A stretch of DNA of 51,544 nucleotides. It comes from Octopus bimaculoides. Taxonomy: Eukaryota. The notes below the pieces were generated by a model. It ran no database searches. It saw only the letters and a list, made by a program, of their open reading frames with translations, and was not told the origin of the DNA. The stretch covers positions 100,419,404 through 100,470,947 of the forward strand of contig NC_068986.1 of NCBI RefSeq assembly GCF_001194135.2. The letters are read 5' to 3'. The position numbers and the translations under genes are program-made. The stretch's first letter is position 1. Each line of letters begins with the position of its first letter. Of this stretch, positions 13,473 to 26,099 are shown piece by piece.

Positions 13473-15706
13473 TCTATATATATAAAAATGAGAATGTGTG
13501 TCTGTCTGTCTGTCTGACTCTGTTTGTGTGCCTGGGTGTGTGTGAATCCCTAAAACTCGAGAACTACGCAACCAATTTCATTCAAATTTTACACAAGCCT
13601 TACTTAGGGTTCCAGTTGTGTGTTAGGAAAAAACAGAGTTCGAGCACATGGCAACATAATATCTGTTCCACTATTTAAGTATTACGTGTCAAAAGTGAAA
13701 CAAAAATACTCATGTCAAATACTTTCACTTTAAAAATGAAGCTATTCCACTAACTGAAACAATCACATTTCAATACTGTAATGACAGATACTTTCACAGA
13801 GAGAGAAAGAGAGAAAGAGAGAGACAGAAAGAGAGAGAGAGAGACAGAACTGGAACCCTAAGTAAGGCATGTGTAAAATTTGAATGCACCATTTCGATAC
13901 TGTAATGACAGATACTTTCAGAGAGAGAGAGAAAGAGNNNNNNNNNNNNNNNNNNNNNNNNNNNNNNNNNNNNNNNNNNNNNNNNNNNNNNNNNNNNNNN
14001 NNNNNNNNNNNNNNNNNNNNNNNNNNNNNNNNNNNNNNNTATATAGATGTACATGTAATATGTATACATATATACATGCATACAGATATCTATACATATA
14101 TACACCCATCACACACACATACACATACACACAAACACACACATTAGTCATTTGTTTTCTTATCCAAAACTACGTCAAAAGTACTGAATGGATCTTTATG
14201 AAATTTGGAAATTATATTCTTTGCATAACGGCCATAACTCCCATGAAAATTCATATATTGTTGATGTTGTTGAAATTTTAACCCGAACATAACAGATGAG
14301 CATTATTTGCAATTCAACTGTACAACAGTGTAAGACTACCCTTTCAGATATACTTACATTGTGATTTCTGCAATGTGGTGCATAAATTGTCAAGTAAATG
14401 AGACGCATCTTTGCCTCCACTGATTCACTTGCAAAGTGTTGAGTAAGATTATTTCGTTGCAGACCTCCGGCCATTTTGTTCTGTTGTTAATTCTGTAGAT
14501 GACCTCAAACACAAAGTCTTTCCCAACTTTAAACAAAACTACCAAAATCACAAACGTAGCTGTTACAAAAATTAATCAACACCTGATGCATTCTCTTCCC
14601 GGCAATCTTCAAACTTACAAGTCTGTTGATACAGTTCCAGATACAAATGAAGTGGTGAACTATCCTCCTGAATTTCTCAATNNNNNNNNNNNNNNNNNNN
14701 NNNNNNNNNNNNNNNNNNNNNNNNNNNNNNNNNNNNNNNNNNNNNNNNNNNNNNNNNNNNNNNNNNNNNNNNNNNNNNNNNNNNNNNNNNNNNNNNNNNN
14801 NNNNNNNNNNNNNNNNNNNNNNNNNNNNNNNNNNNNNNNNNNNNNNNNNNNNNNNNNNNNNNNNNNNNNNNNNNNNNNNNNNNNNNNNNNNNNNNNNNNN
14901 NNNNNNNNNNNNNNNNNNNNNNNNNNNNNNNNNNNNNNNNNNNNNNNNNNNNNNNNNNNNNNNNNNNNNNNNNNNNNNNNNNNNNNNNNNNNNNNNNNNN
15001 NNNNNNNNNNNNNNNNNNNNNNNNNNNNNNNTCTCAATTCGTTGGAGCCTCCAGGACTACCTCCCCACATATTATCACTTAAAGTTGGAACGCCTGTTAT
15101 GCCGCTCCGCAATCTGGAACCACCAAGACTTTGCAATGGAACACAACTCGTGATAAAGAAAACGATGTCACACGTTATCGAGGCTACCATTCTTTCTGTA
15201 TGTGCAAAAGGGGATGACGTCTTTATTCCAAGTATTCCTCTTACTCCATCAGGAGCAGACATTCCTTTTACATTCAGAAGACTACAATTCCCCCTTCGTG
15301 TGATTTTTGCCATGTCCATAAACAAATCTCAGGGTCAAGCACTGTCTTTATCTGGTCTTTTCTTGGAAGAGCCCTGCTTCTCACATGGACAACTGTATGT
15401 TGGCTGCTCAAGAGTGGGCAGCAAAAAAAAAACTATTTGTATATTCTCCACAAGGGAAGACAAGGAACATTGTTTACAACGAGGTGTTATAATCACGACA
15501 GCAAGAAAGTATGTACATGATCACCTTCTTTTACGCTACTTCATTGACTTTCATATATTTATATTGATATACATATATATATATACGTGTGTTTGGGTGC
15601 GTGTGTGTATATACATCTCTATATATAAAGATGATGCGTAGTCTAGACGGCGTTTTTAGATTTCATTATTCTCTTTAACCCGGGCAACGCCGAGTATTTC
15701 TGCTAG
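13473..15706 (+). mobile_element. Internally deleted Helitron with both termini
   Basis: 5' end TC(TATATATATAAAAATG) follows an A at 13472. The 3' end has a GC-rich subterminal hairpin CCCGGGCAACGCCGAG, then CTAG at 15703-15706, then T. This is the canonical TC...CTRR structure inserted at an A|T site, and it contains a PIF1 helicase remnant. Confidence 0.9.
14490..15480 (+). pseudogene. Helitron RepHel PIF1-type helicase C-terminal remnant
   Basis: NSVDDLKHKVFP...[44 protein letters not shown]...[23 protein letters not shown]...[16 protein letters not shown] contains SF1 helicase motifs V and VI typical of Helitrons. It has frameshifts and lacks the Rep domain. Confidence 0.95.
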
Positions 15707-16421
15707 TATTGAATAAACCCACGATATGTGTAGGCTTGGAAAATTGGATTTATGCACAGGAGAGACACTAGGCCTGGTTTTTGTAAAAGGTCGCTTGTCT
15801 GCACAGACACGGTAAGAATTACATCTTGTCACACACAATACATTTAAAGCACAACTACTTTATGAACCTACTTTACACACATATTGATTAACACCTTTTC
15901 TATGGAATTTTGGTTGCTCTATATAATTCCTCCTAAAACATATTGATAATATTGCTATCTTGTATTTATTTTAGCTTATATCCATGTACACATAGAGTAT
16001 ATATTAATGTATATATAACTGCTACATGTTAAACCGACATCTGTTCTGCATTAGAATTTCACTGCTACGTAGGCAGGTGACATATACCATACCAGCCAAA
16101 AGTCAAATATATAAAGTATTTCTGAAAACATGTTTCTACTTTTATTCCATGATTCGTAACGTAATATGAAGATTTTACTATCATTGATATTGCTATAATT
16201 AAAATTCATTCTACAATTGCTTTGAAGGAGAAGAATAGTACACGGATGTATATATATGCACGCTTTTTCTGTTTACACTGTTCTGTCTACAGAGATTATA
16301 TAACTTCAGGACAAAATGCAATGAATGGCCTTCTTACTGGTTCAACATATCACTAAGACATTTGAGCTTGTAATAATTTATAATGAAATAAACGCTTCTA
16401 ATCCATACTTTAATATTTTAC

Positions 16422-16581
16422 CACGGACACGCCACCAGTTCTTTGATGGGATTCAATTCGGTGCTAAGTTTGTTTATGATATTCGATTCCAATGAGAAGA
16501 TAACGAATTCTAGATTTATCCGTCCATCGAATCTGGAGAAAGAGTGTTTGGAACTGATCTGATGTCTTTGCACTGTTTTGT
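16422..16581 (-). CDS. Candidate internal coding exon of an unidentified host gene
   Basis: Strong acceptor (T)10CTGTAG and donor GTG|GTAAAA bound 160 nt. It is open only in the phase-1 frame (DKTVQRHQ...ELVACPW). No recognised homology. Confidence 0.3.
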
Positions 16582-16946
16582 CTACAGAAAAAAAAAAATC
16601 CATGACTGATTGCAGAATTGCTCTTAGAATATATTTGAACTGATAACAAGATATATTTATATAAATCACTGATTATAACGTCCTTAATACGTAAATACAT
16701 GCATGCGCTCATGCGCGTGCACGCATACATACGCTCACACTTACACACACACACAAATGTGCACACACATAAACATCATGAGGGAATAAGAAAATCGGTC
16801 ATAAAGTCCATGAGAATGTCTTAATCCTTTGTTGTTTCAATTTAAGTTAGTCCTCCTTACTCTACTACTGCTATGTTCTGAAGCATGTCTATATTGATGA
16901 CACCAAGTTATTAATACCGGTATGCCTCATCTAAATAATAATGATG

Positions 16947-16978
<32 letters not shown>

Positions 16979-16995
16979 TAATAATGATAATAATG

Positions 16996-17105
16996 GTACC
17001 CTAGGCATAACACCTACATGAACTTCTAACTTGTTGTCTCTTGAGGTCTCTGGGTGAGACTTGGATCCAACTTGTACAAATGCAAAGCAAACGACAAATA
17101 TAAAA
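16996..17105 (+). mobile_element. Short 3'-end fragment of an R4/Dong-like non-LTR element inside (AAT)n
   Basis: Unique sequence GGTACCCTAGGC...GAGGTCTCTGGGTGAGACTTGGATCC... is bracketed by (AAT)n at 16936-16995 and 17105-17148. It shares GGTACCCTAGGC with the element at 40850-41060. Confidence 0.5.
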
Positions 17106-17118
17106 TAATAATGATATC

Positions 17119-17182
<64 letters not shown>

Positions 17183-17373
17183 GCACATAATGATTTTAGT
17201 GACAAGCAATGAATAGAGGAACGCTTTCAGAGAGTGACTGAAAAGAACAATTGAGACAGAGGAGTGGGAAGAGGAGGATGTAAAGAAGTAATGGATGAAT
17301 AATATATCTTTCCTTTTGAAAATCAGTATCATTTTTGTATAAGCACCAATATATTTGATAAAAATTATATATA

Positions 17374-17383
17374 TGTGTGTGCG

Positions 17384-17461
<78 letters not shown>

Positions 17462-17480
17462 TGTGTGTGTCTGTGTGTAT
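17374..17480. repeat. (TG)n microsatellite
   Basis: Directly visible. Confidence 0.97.
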
Positions 17481-18233
17481 GTATATACATGCATGTGCAT
17501 ACGCACGCGCATATATATAGCTAAGCAGACATGTTTCAGCAATCACATTTTCGAGGTACTGTTTTCCCTTCTGCCAAATTGCCACCTTAGTTTACCGATC
17601 GTGCTCACTTTAAATCTTAGAGAATCTAATGATTTGTTGGTATACATTTAAGATATTGTATAAAGCATTTATTTTTCTGCGTGATTAGATATTTTTATGA
17701 TATATACCTCTCTTCCTCCCTCCCTCTCTCCCTCTCTCTCTATCTCTCTCTCTCTCTCTGCAGACACACACTCTCACATAAGCACACATACAAACACACC
17801 CACACATACACACACACACACCCATACATGTATTTATGTATATATATATATATATACATTATGTGTGTCTCTGTGTATGAATATGAACAGACAGACGCTT
17901 TCATGATTAAAACCATACATTTTACATTTGTTCGTCTTCCGATTGTTTCAGTCTTAGTTTTTGAAAGCATTGACGTATTTTCTTGGAAATTTTCGCTGAA
18001 CGAATCGATCCCCTTCCTTATTTAGTAGGGCTGGCAATTATTCTATTGGACTCGTTTCCGAAACTGGTAAATTACACTTACGTTAACAAACTAATACCTG
18101 CAGTTTGTTGGTAGGATGGCTAACACAAACATTGACACAAGCAAATAACACAAGTACACACATGCATGTATACATATATATACGCATATATACACACACA
18201 CATATATAGATAGATACACAAATAGATACATAG

Positions 18234-18266
<33 letters not shown>

Positions 18267-18728
18267 NNNNNNNNNNNNNNNNNNNNNNNNNNNNNNNNNN
18301 NNNNNNNNNNNNNNNNNNNNNNNNNNNNNNNNNNNNNNNNNNNNNNNNNNNNNNNNNNNNNNNNNNNNNNNNNNNNNNNNNNNNNNNNNNNNNNNNNNNN
18401 NNNNNNNNNNNNNNNNNNNNNNNNNNNNNNNNNNNNNNNNNNNNNNNNNNNNNNNNNNNNNNNNNNNNNNNNNNNNNNNNNNNNNNNNNNNNNNNNNNNN
18501 NNNNNNNNNNNNNNNNNNNNNNNNNNNNNNNNNNNNNNNNNNNNNNNNNNNNNNNNNNNNNNNNNNNNNNNNNNNNNNNNNNNNNNNNNNNNNNNNNNNN
18601 NNNNNNNNNNNNNNNNNNNNNNNNNNNNNNNNNNNNNNNNNNNNNNNNNNNNNNNNNNNNNNNNNNNNNNNNNNNNNNNNNNNNNNNNNNNNNNNNNNNN
18701 NNNNNNNNNNNNNNNNNNNNTATATATG

Positions 18729-18834
<106 letters not shown>

Positions 18835-19988
18835 TATATTTAAACACGCGCATATCTATCTATCTATATATATATTCATGCATATATACAAGTGTGTGTG
18901 TGCGCGTGGTTGTTTGTGTAGATACATGAATATACGTGTATCGTACGCACAGTAGTGTGCTCCACGTGTTTTGCCATATTCTAAATATTTTACCGATACA
19001 TTTTTGTAGTACTAATGTCTGAACTTATACCTAATGAAAAACCCTGTGTCTTTTTGTGGATAAGAAACTTCTGTCTCCCTCAAATGAATGTCAGGCCAAA
19101 CACATAATGTAATTGTTAATGGTTATATTGTTGAATCTACTATCACGCTATGTGCACAGAAACGAATTGTATGCAATGAATCATACACATATTCTACGGA
19201 GGTTTCAAATTTATTATATTATCAATTACTACGTAATTGTCTTAATTATTTGAATTATTAAGAATTAAGTAATTGTGAAAATAATGTCAGAATTGAGAAT
19301 GAATGAGTTATTACGCTAACACAATAATGTAGGGGCAATTAAATAATTATTATAAATTAGTGCCTACAGGACAAAATTCTTTAATGACAAATATATAAAT
19401 GCGGAACAATAATTACAATTCATACTAAAAGAAAATCAACAAGTGCTAATGAAAATTTAAGCCATAGGAAAATATCATTGATTAAAATTGATGAAAACCT
19501 ATCATTGATTAAAATCAATCCGTTTTCTGAGAAAGGTAAGAGAAAGAATTCCAAATGAAGTTTGGGGGGTGGGGTGGATATTAGGAGGAGTGATATACTG
19601 AAAGAAAAAGAGATTAAACTAATCATTACTGAATCTGATGATCTCAAGTTGATGATGTGCTGTGTTTAGTTTTCTGTTTAGTAATTGCCTTTATAGCGAG
19701 CTATGCCACAATTTAAATTTTCCATAACCAAAGAAAAAAAAATGCTTTGCTTTCAGTCCAGTGAATTCAAACGTAGCAAATGTACAGCATTGCTTCTTTA
19801 AAACACTGGAAGTCTGCTAAACACGTTTCATTTGTGGTCAAAGATGTTTTATCCTTGGCTACTGCACATTATATCAACAACGATATGTTGAAATATGTTA
19901 CTTAAGTAAACCTACAACACCAACTGGATCCAGTGATCAGTTGTGACAAATATTACAAAGGCCACACCATTGGGACATTACAAATTGA

Positions 19989-20031
<43 letters not shown>

Positions 20032-20534
20032 TTATAAGTGCTATCGAATGAATGTTTCAATAAAAAATGGGTAAACGTGGCAAGAATGGTAAGTACGAAA
20101 GGCGACACCAGTTTAAGCATAAACATGTAAGAAAAACAGACAAAGAGCGAAAAGCTACTTTCTTTCATGTACCTTTTTAAAAAAAAAAAGCCTGAGGTGA
20201 CCGTGGTCTTTTCCGTAGGCTTTTCTCTCCACGGATAAACCTAATCCGTTCCCCCTTTTACATCCCTACACGATCCCTATTGATGGGCTTTCCCCATGTT
20301 TATTTTTCCACGATCCCTTTTGATCGAAATTCTACCCACCTCCTTTTTCTTTCTTCTTTGTCCCCCAAAAGAAAAACTCCACATTGTATTTTGTCCACTT
20401 TCCGTATTTAGCCCTGAGTGGCCATAATAAAAAAAGATATCTATCAATATATGCATATATACATATANNNNNNNNNNNNNNNNNNNNNNNNNNNNNNNNN
20501 NNNNNNNNNNNNNNNNNNNNNNNNNNNNNNNNNN

Positions 20535-20602
20535 TATCACACACACCCGATTACAAACTCATATATATATATATATGAGTTTGTAATCGGGTGTGTGTGA
20601 TA
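20535..20602. repeat. Perfect 68-bp palindrome centred on (AT)8, adjacent to a gap
   Basis: TATCACACACACCCGATTACAAACTC-(AT)8-GAGTTTGTAATCGGGTGTGTGTGATA. Confidence 0.97.
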
Positions 20603-21418
20603 TTATATATGTTTGTGTATGAGAATGTGTGTGTGTGTGCGTGTGCTTGTGTGTGTGTAAGACCGTGTGCCAGTGTATGACACAATAGTTGCTTTATCCA
20701 CTTGTGTCATGATAGATGTTTTACATGGCATTACTCATTCGCCATATCATTCAATGGTCCATTATACACGTGAGACAATAATATAATTATGGACGAACAG
20801 TTCAACAGATTATATACAAATATTTATTAATCTTTCGCTACTTTCCTTCTAATTAAAGAAAGGAGAGCTAGTGATAAATTATATGCGCCAACAATAACCC
20901 TATTTACTCAAATTATGACCATTGGCTCATTTGAATTACTTCCGGTATCTAAAGTTTATTGTTTCAAGTTTCCAAATTATTATCAGTTAAAACTCATTGT
21001 AACTTTATATTTTCCCCTTTTGATATATGCAAATAGTCTAGACGATGCTTCGCGGATGAGGTTGAATAATATCTTAACCTATTGGTATTTGCTTCTATAA
21101 TCATGTAAATTTAATTTGAGAAAGTAATTACGCATTTGCCGATATTATCTTAATTTCCTTTGAGAGTCTCTCACAATTACTGATAACATTTTGAATTTTG
21201 CGTCTAAGACGAAAGTTTTTGTTAATTTTTTTTTCTGAAGCACATTATGTACATCAGCCTTTTCCTAACCCACACTCTCTCGCAAACATACAGATATATG
21301 TGCATGCGTGTACATGTGTACAAGTGTCTATATAATTCATATAGTTATGTTTATATATGCAAGCACCCCCATATGTATATACATATATGAATGTGTGTGT
21401 ATATATAAAAATGCATAT

Positions 21419-21473
<55 letters not shown>

Positions 21474-21489
21474 CATAAAATACGCATGG

Positions 21490-21561
<72 letters not shown>

Positions 21562-21608
21562 TTATACTTATTCACATATACATATTTGCATGTATGATAT
21601 ATGTATTA

Positions 21609-21641
<33 letters not shown>

Positions 21642-21907
21642 CGTGTTTTATGTAAATGTCATGCACACTTACCAAATAAGATGGTTATGTACACAATACA
21701 GATTTTAGTTATGGCTTTGAGAATGTTTACTATTACTCAGGTAACCTGATCTTCAAACATGTATTGAATAATTTAACAATGAATTATCTAAATTCAAAAG
21801 ATCGAGGTCCACTTACACAACTCCCGCATGTCTGAATGCACAGAAATATATATGAACTCAGGTATATGCATACACACAAATACCTACACACACACACACA
21901 CACACAT

Positions 21908-21946
<39 letters not shown>

Positions 21947-21966
21947 NNNNNNNNNNAGAGAGAGAG

Positions 21967-22010
<44 letters not shown>

Positions 22011-23172
22011 TGATACACAGAGGAAGAGAGGGATATGTAGATACCTGGGTATATCTATATATTCACCTGTGTGGCACGACTTGAAACTACGAACATTTGC
22101 GTATCTGTGTTTAACATTTAACTATATAATCTTTATATAGAACTGGAAATAAATAAATCAATAAATATAGCGCGTATACCTTATCTAAGAGATATGTTTA
22201 TTTAGTAAATGTGCCTAACGAATTAACAAGTAGTCAATATTGTCATTCATGCCACTATGTTTTAGAACGTCGTGTGGAATACAACCCAGGTAAAGAACAT
22301 CTTGTGTGATACGTTTGGCTTGCCCACAACATATATTAAGAGTTGTATCTTCTTGTGTCATGAGAGCATGTTCAGTAATTGATGATCGCTGAGGAAGACC
22401 GAGGTGCTATTCACTGTATTATTACTAATGTAATAGAAACTAACTTTAGGGTATATATAGTTTGCAATCTCCGAATTGGTTTGTCAGTTCCTGGTTAATT
22501 AACATGTCATTGTTCGAGATGACGAAAGGAGCTTATAATGTGTAGCAAAAGGAACAACTGTATTTGTCTGATATTATTGACAATCCCAAAATTTATATCA
22601 TACCAATATAAACATTGGTATAATTCAATTATAAAGATAAATTAGATAGAGAGATACTACTGACAATCCAATGACTTATTTATATTACAATATTACATTA
22701 TATACTACGTATATAACATAACATCATATTATATAAAATAAATAATTACTTAATCCATAAAAGGCCAACAAATTGTTTCGACTTATATATATATTTTTTT
22801 TCTGATACACGTACATGATAACAGCTCTCTGAAGTGACTATATATAAGGGGACTGTTATTATGTATGTATATCAGTGCTCCATCTGATTTCTGAAATTTA
22901 TTATAGGAATTTATTCTCAAATTCCGTTTCAAATCTATCTTCTGACATTATTTTATGTTGAGTACATTTTAATATACGTGTTTAATATAAATGGTGGGTA
23001 TAATACAAATCTACTGTATACTATGGCATACAATCCGTTGAGCTTTTTCGCATATTTTATTTAACTGGGTGTCTCTTTTTTACGAATTCGAGTTGCAGAA
23101 CAAAATCATGAACGTGCTGTACCAAACGTCCCTCGTTCCAGACAGAGAGGGTGGGTGATATCCTTAACGTAC

Positions 23173-23294
23173 CATTGATAATGATAATAGGATAGATGAA
23201 TGATTCGAGCATGCCTAAATGGTGGAGGCACGGGTGGAACGTATTGTAGAAGACTTCCTCTGCATCGGATGATACTGACAACATTTCGTTTATA
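23173..23294 (-). CDS. Candidate coding exon (GC-richer island)
   Basis: Bounded by CTGTAG| and |GTACGT. The frame INEMLSVSSDAEEVFYNTFHPCLHHLG... stays open to 23057. No recognised homology. Confidence 0.25.
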
Positions 23295-24799
23295 CTACAG
23301 AGATTTTGGCAAGCTAAAATATTTTAAAATCAGATCTTGCCCATTTATAAGGTAACCAACTCTGACTTACGGCAGTGGAGTAACGGGATAGACAGTGTTT
23401 TGGACAAAATGCCTTGAGATATTTCTATTTACGCTCAAATCCCGACAAAATCAAATTTTCTCTCAGCTTTTTGCGGCTAATGAAATGATGTTCCTCTTAT
23501 GGTTTAAGCACGACAAAATATATTGGACGTTAACTAGTATTCAAGACTTTATTCTATGTAAAAATCAATATATAGGTCTTTCGCGTTTTCATAATTTCTA
23601 TCCCTTTCTCTTCCCACTCATGTTTTAATTTATTCATTGCTTCATTTTTTTCTCTTTTTCTATCCTCGTTTCCTTTTACGTGTTTTGTGTATTAATACTT
23701 GATTTTATTTCACTCCTTTAATTTTGCCGCGTATTTTTATATGCATTTACATGCTTCACTCCCTCCATTTCCCTATTCTTGTTTATTCTTGCTTGTTCTG
23801 TCATTTATAATTTCATTTTATTATCTCATGCTTACCGTCATATCTATTGCACTTCTTAGAATTTTGTTTGCAATTTTTATTCTTATACGCTTCATTCCTT
23901 CATATTTCTATAAGATATCACTGATATCCACAGATATATGTTTTCCAATTGTTTTTCCTTCCCCGCTTAAAAGGATACAAAAGCGCCCATTACTTAATTG
24001 CAACCAAATTTATTCTACCTAAATATCTGTATGCACAACAATGATACGCTTGGAGGGACATGTGTATTATTTCGTGTTTTCTTCCTTCCCATCTTTAATA
24101 TTAATTCAATCTTTTCTGTTTCTTGTGCTAAATTTCAGATTTAAACTTCTCTTTATCATGGCTGTTTCTCAATCGGTTTTTATTGATTATATTCCCACTT
24201 CTTATTTCATGGGACGTACCATGTTTGAAAGAGTTACATTTGCTGCAATTTCACCCACTCTAGATTGGAATTTAAGCGTTAATAATTTGAAGCTTTCCGA
24301 TAATCTAACAATCATTTGGGGGAGTTTCTTGTACGTAAATCGAGTCAAAAATACTGGTTGTATGCATTGCTTCCAAGGAATACACGACATTTGTGTCAGT
24401 GTGTTTATGTGTGTGTGTGTGGGCGCGCGCGTATGCATGTGTGCCTGCTTAACATATAAAATGAAAAATTATCATAGAAAAAAAGACAGCATTTACATCT
24501 TTGAATAAGCAGCTACCAGTGACGATTGCTTTTAACAGGCGATGCATCTACGCATGCTGAAGTAAAGGGAAAATTAACTTCAAATAAATTGAATTTAATT
24601 AATCTTTTATAACATCTGTTCTGAAAGTTCAATTCATTTTATTGTAAAATTTGATTATTGCTGCTAGCAGTTAACAGCTGTGATTTCCAGCTGTTAATGG
24701 AAGAAAGGGTCTTTAGGGCTGTTAATAGTAGCAACAGGCACTGAGGCTCTCAATGACTATAGCAGTTATTTATCTAGTAGACGTCATTGTGAGGAGGAG

Positions 24800-25879
24800 G
24801 TGTTGGTGATGGTTGTCTGTTTCTCTTCTACCGAAGAGGTGATTGGAATCTTGTGGATTCGTTGCCGTGGAGTTATGTGAAAAGATAAAATCATACCATT
24901 GATTGTCTTTTACCTGCACACCGTCAATAAGTTCATCGAGTCCTACTTCTTTGTATTTCAGTATTTTAATTCGTTATGTATGCAAAGTCATGCTTTATCG
25001 AGTCGCCAGTCTAAACAATGCAATATTCCCCATATTCTGAGTATGACGTTGCATAGATTAGGTTTTCAAATGCAAAATGAAGTTATAGTTTATTGCAAAG
25101 GTTTATCCTTTTTGAAACGGAACTTTGATTATTCAGCCAGTTTTAATATATACTACAGTTGGATCTTCCGCATTAGGTTACAGTTGGTTTTGTAGTTATT
25201 GTGTGAAAATTGGACTTAGTTAATATTTACTCTTCGATGATTGGATTTGTCATTTTTTTCTTTATCCTGGTATATATTTCGAGGATCTGGTTCAACTCGG
25301 TGTACTTTTTCAACAGCGACATATTTTCGAAAATGAAATAAGCTTCACAGTTTTCCGGATTTTGGGTGGAAATATAAGGTAGGACATTCAATTCCGGTTT
25401 ATTTCAATGTCTTGTTCGATTTAGTCCTTGAATTTTGAATTGCTTGTCTAAGTTTGTAATATTATCTATTAGGAATGAGTGATCTATTCAGTTCTTGTAG
25501 TGTTATGCCATGAATGTTTATATCGGATACTATTGTACAGATTGTCTTGGTTAAGTTATATGGGATAATCAATAAGGTGGTAAGAGATATCCAATTCATG
25601 TCCGCCACTACACGAATGTATTTGATGAACAATATTGTTTGGAGCTCATAGGTTTATAGAAAATGTTTGTCGCTATTTGTTTGGTGGCTTTCTTTATAAA
25701 CGTGTCTAAAATTTAGATTTGGTTATTGTTATATTCTATTTTTATTAATTCCACTAATCAGTATTTGAATTTCTTTAATTTCTCTATGCTTCCGTTCCAT
25801 TGAATGAAGAAATAATGGATGCTCCTTTTCCAGTGTTTTGTGTGTATATGAAGAAAGAACTTCCATATTTTCCTATTTT
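24800..25879 (-). mobile_element. Decayed Penelope-like element, 3' part (RT C-half, Cys linker, GIY-YIG endonuclease), Neptune-like
   Basis: Minus strand, with frameshifts and stops: KIGKYG..KHWKR..FIQW; ILDTFIKK..TNIFYKP..SKQY; IPYNLTKTICTIVSD; VLPYISTQNP; CGRSNC; ENLIYA..YG..TG; YKEVGLDELID. Confidence 0.8.
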
Positions 25880-25880
25880 A

Positions 25881-26099
25881 GGGCCAGCAAATTCTGGTCT
25901 GATAGGTATACAAATAAATTCCCACAGCCTTACCCAATGAATTTACATTCAGATTAATACCTATTGTGGAAATTAATATCCTTATATTCGATGAAAACTT
26001 TTGTCGACAAAAAACTGAGACTGCAGTAGGTGCAAAAGAAACACCCTCCTTTGTGAATCTAGTTGTGGAATACCTAGAGATGATGTTGTACCAAAAAAT
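25881..26099 (+). mobile_element. Inverted RT segment of the same Penelope-like element
   Basis: Plus strand: KFWSDRY..PNEF..VEINILIFDENFCRQKTETAVGAKETPSFVNLVVEYLEMMLYQK, corresponding to the PLE motif NxFxFxxxFYxQxxGTAMGxxxAPxYANL. Confidence 0.85.

Noticed and set aside
14196-14474. Minus-strand ORF as an inverted Helitron RepHel N-terminus
   Set aside because: The resemblance is weak, and the + strand here can equally be read as degraded helicase.
14660-15325. 221-aa minus-strand ORF
   Set aside because: It is the antisense shadow of the Helitron helicase and spans a gap.
16464-16590. FQTLFLQIRWTDK resembling a Cys-loop receptor / chemotactile receptor motif
   Set aside because: The frame stops about 20 codons later, with no following WxPD or Cys-loop motif.
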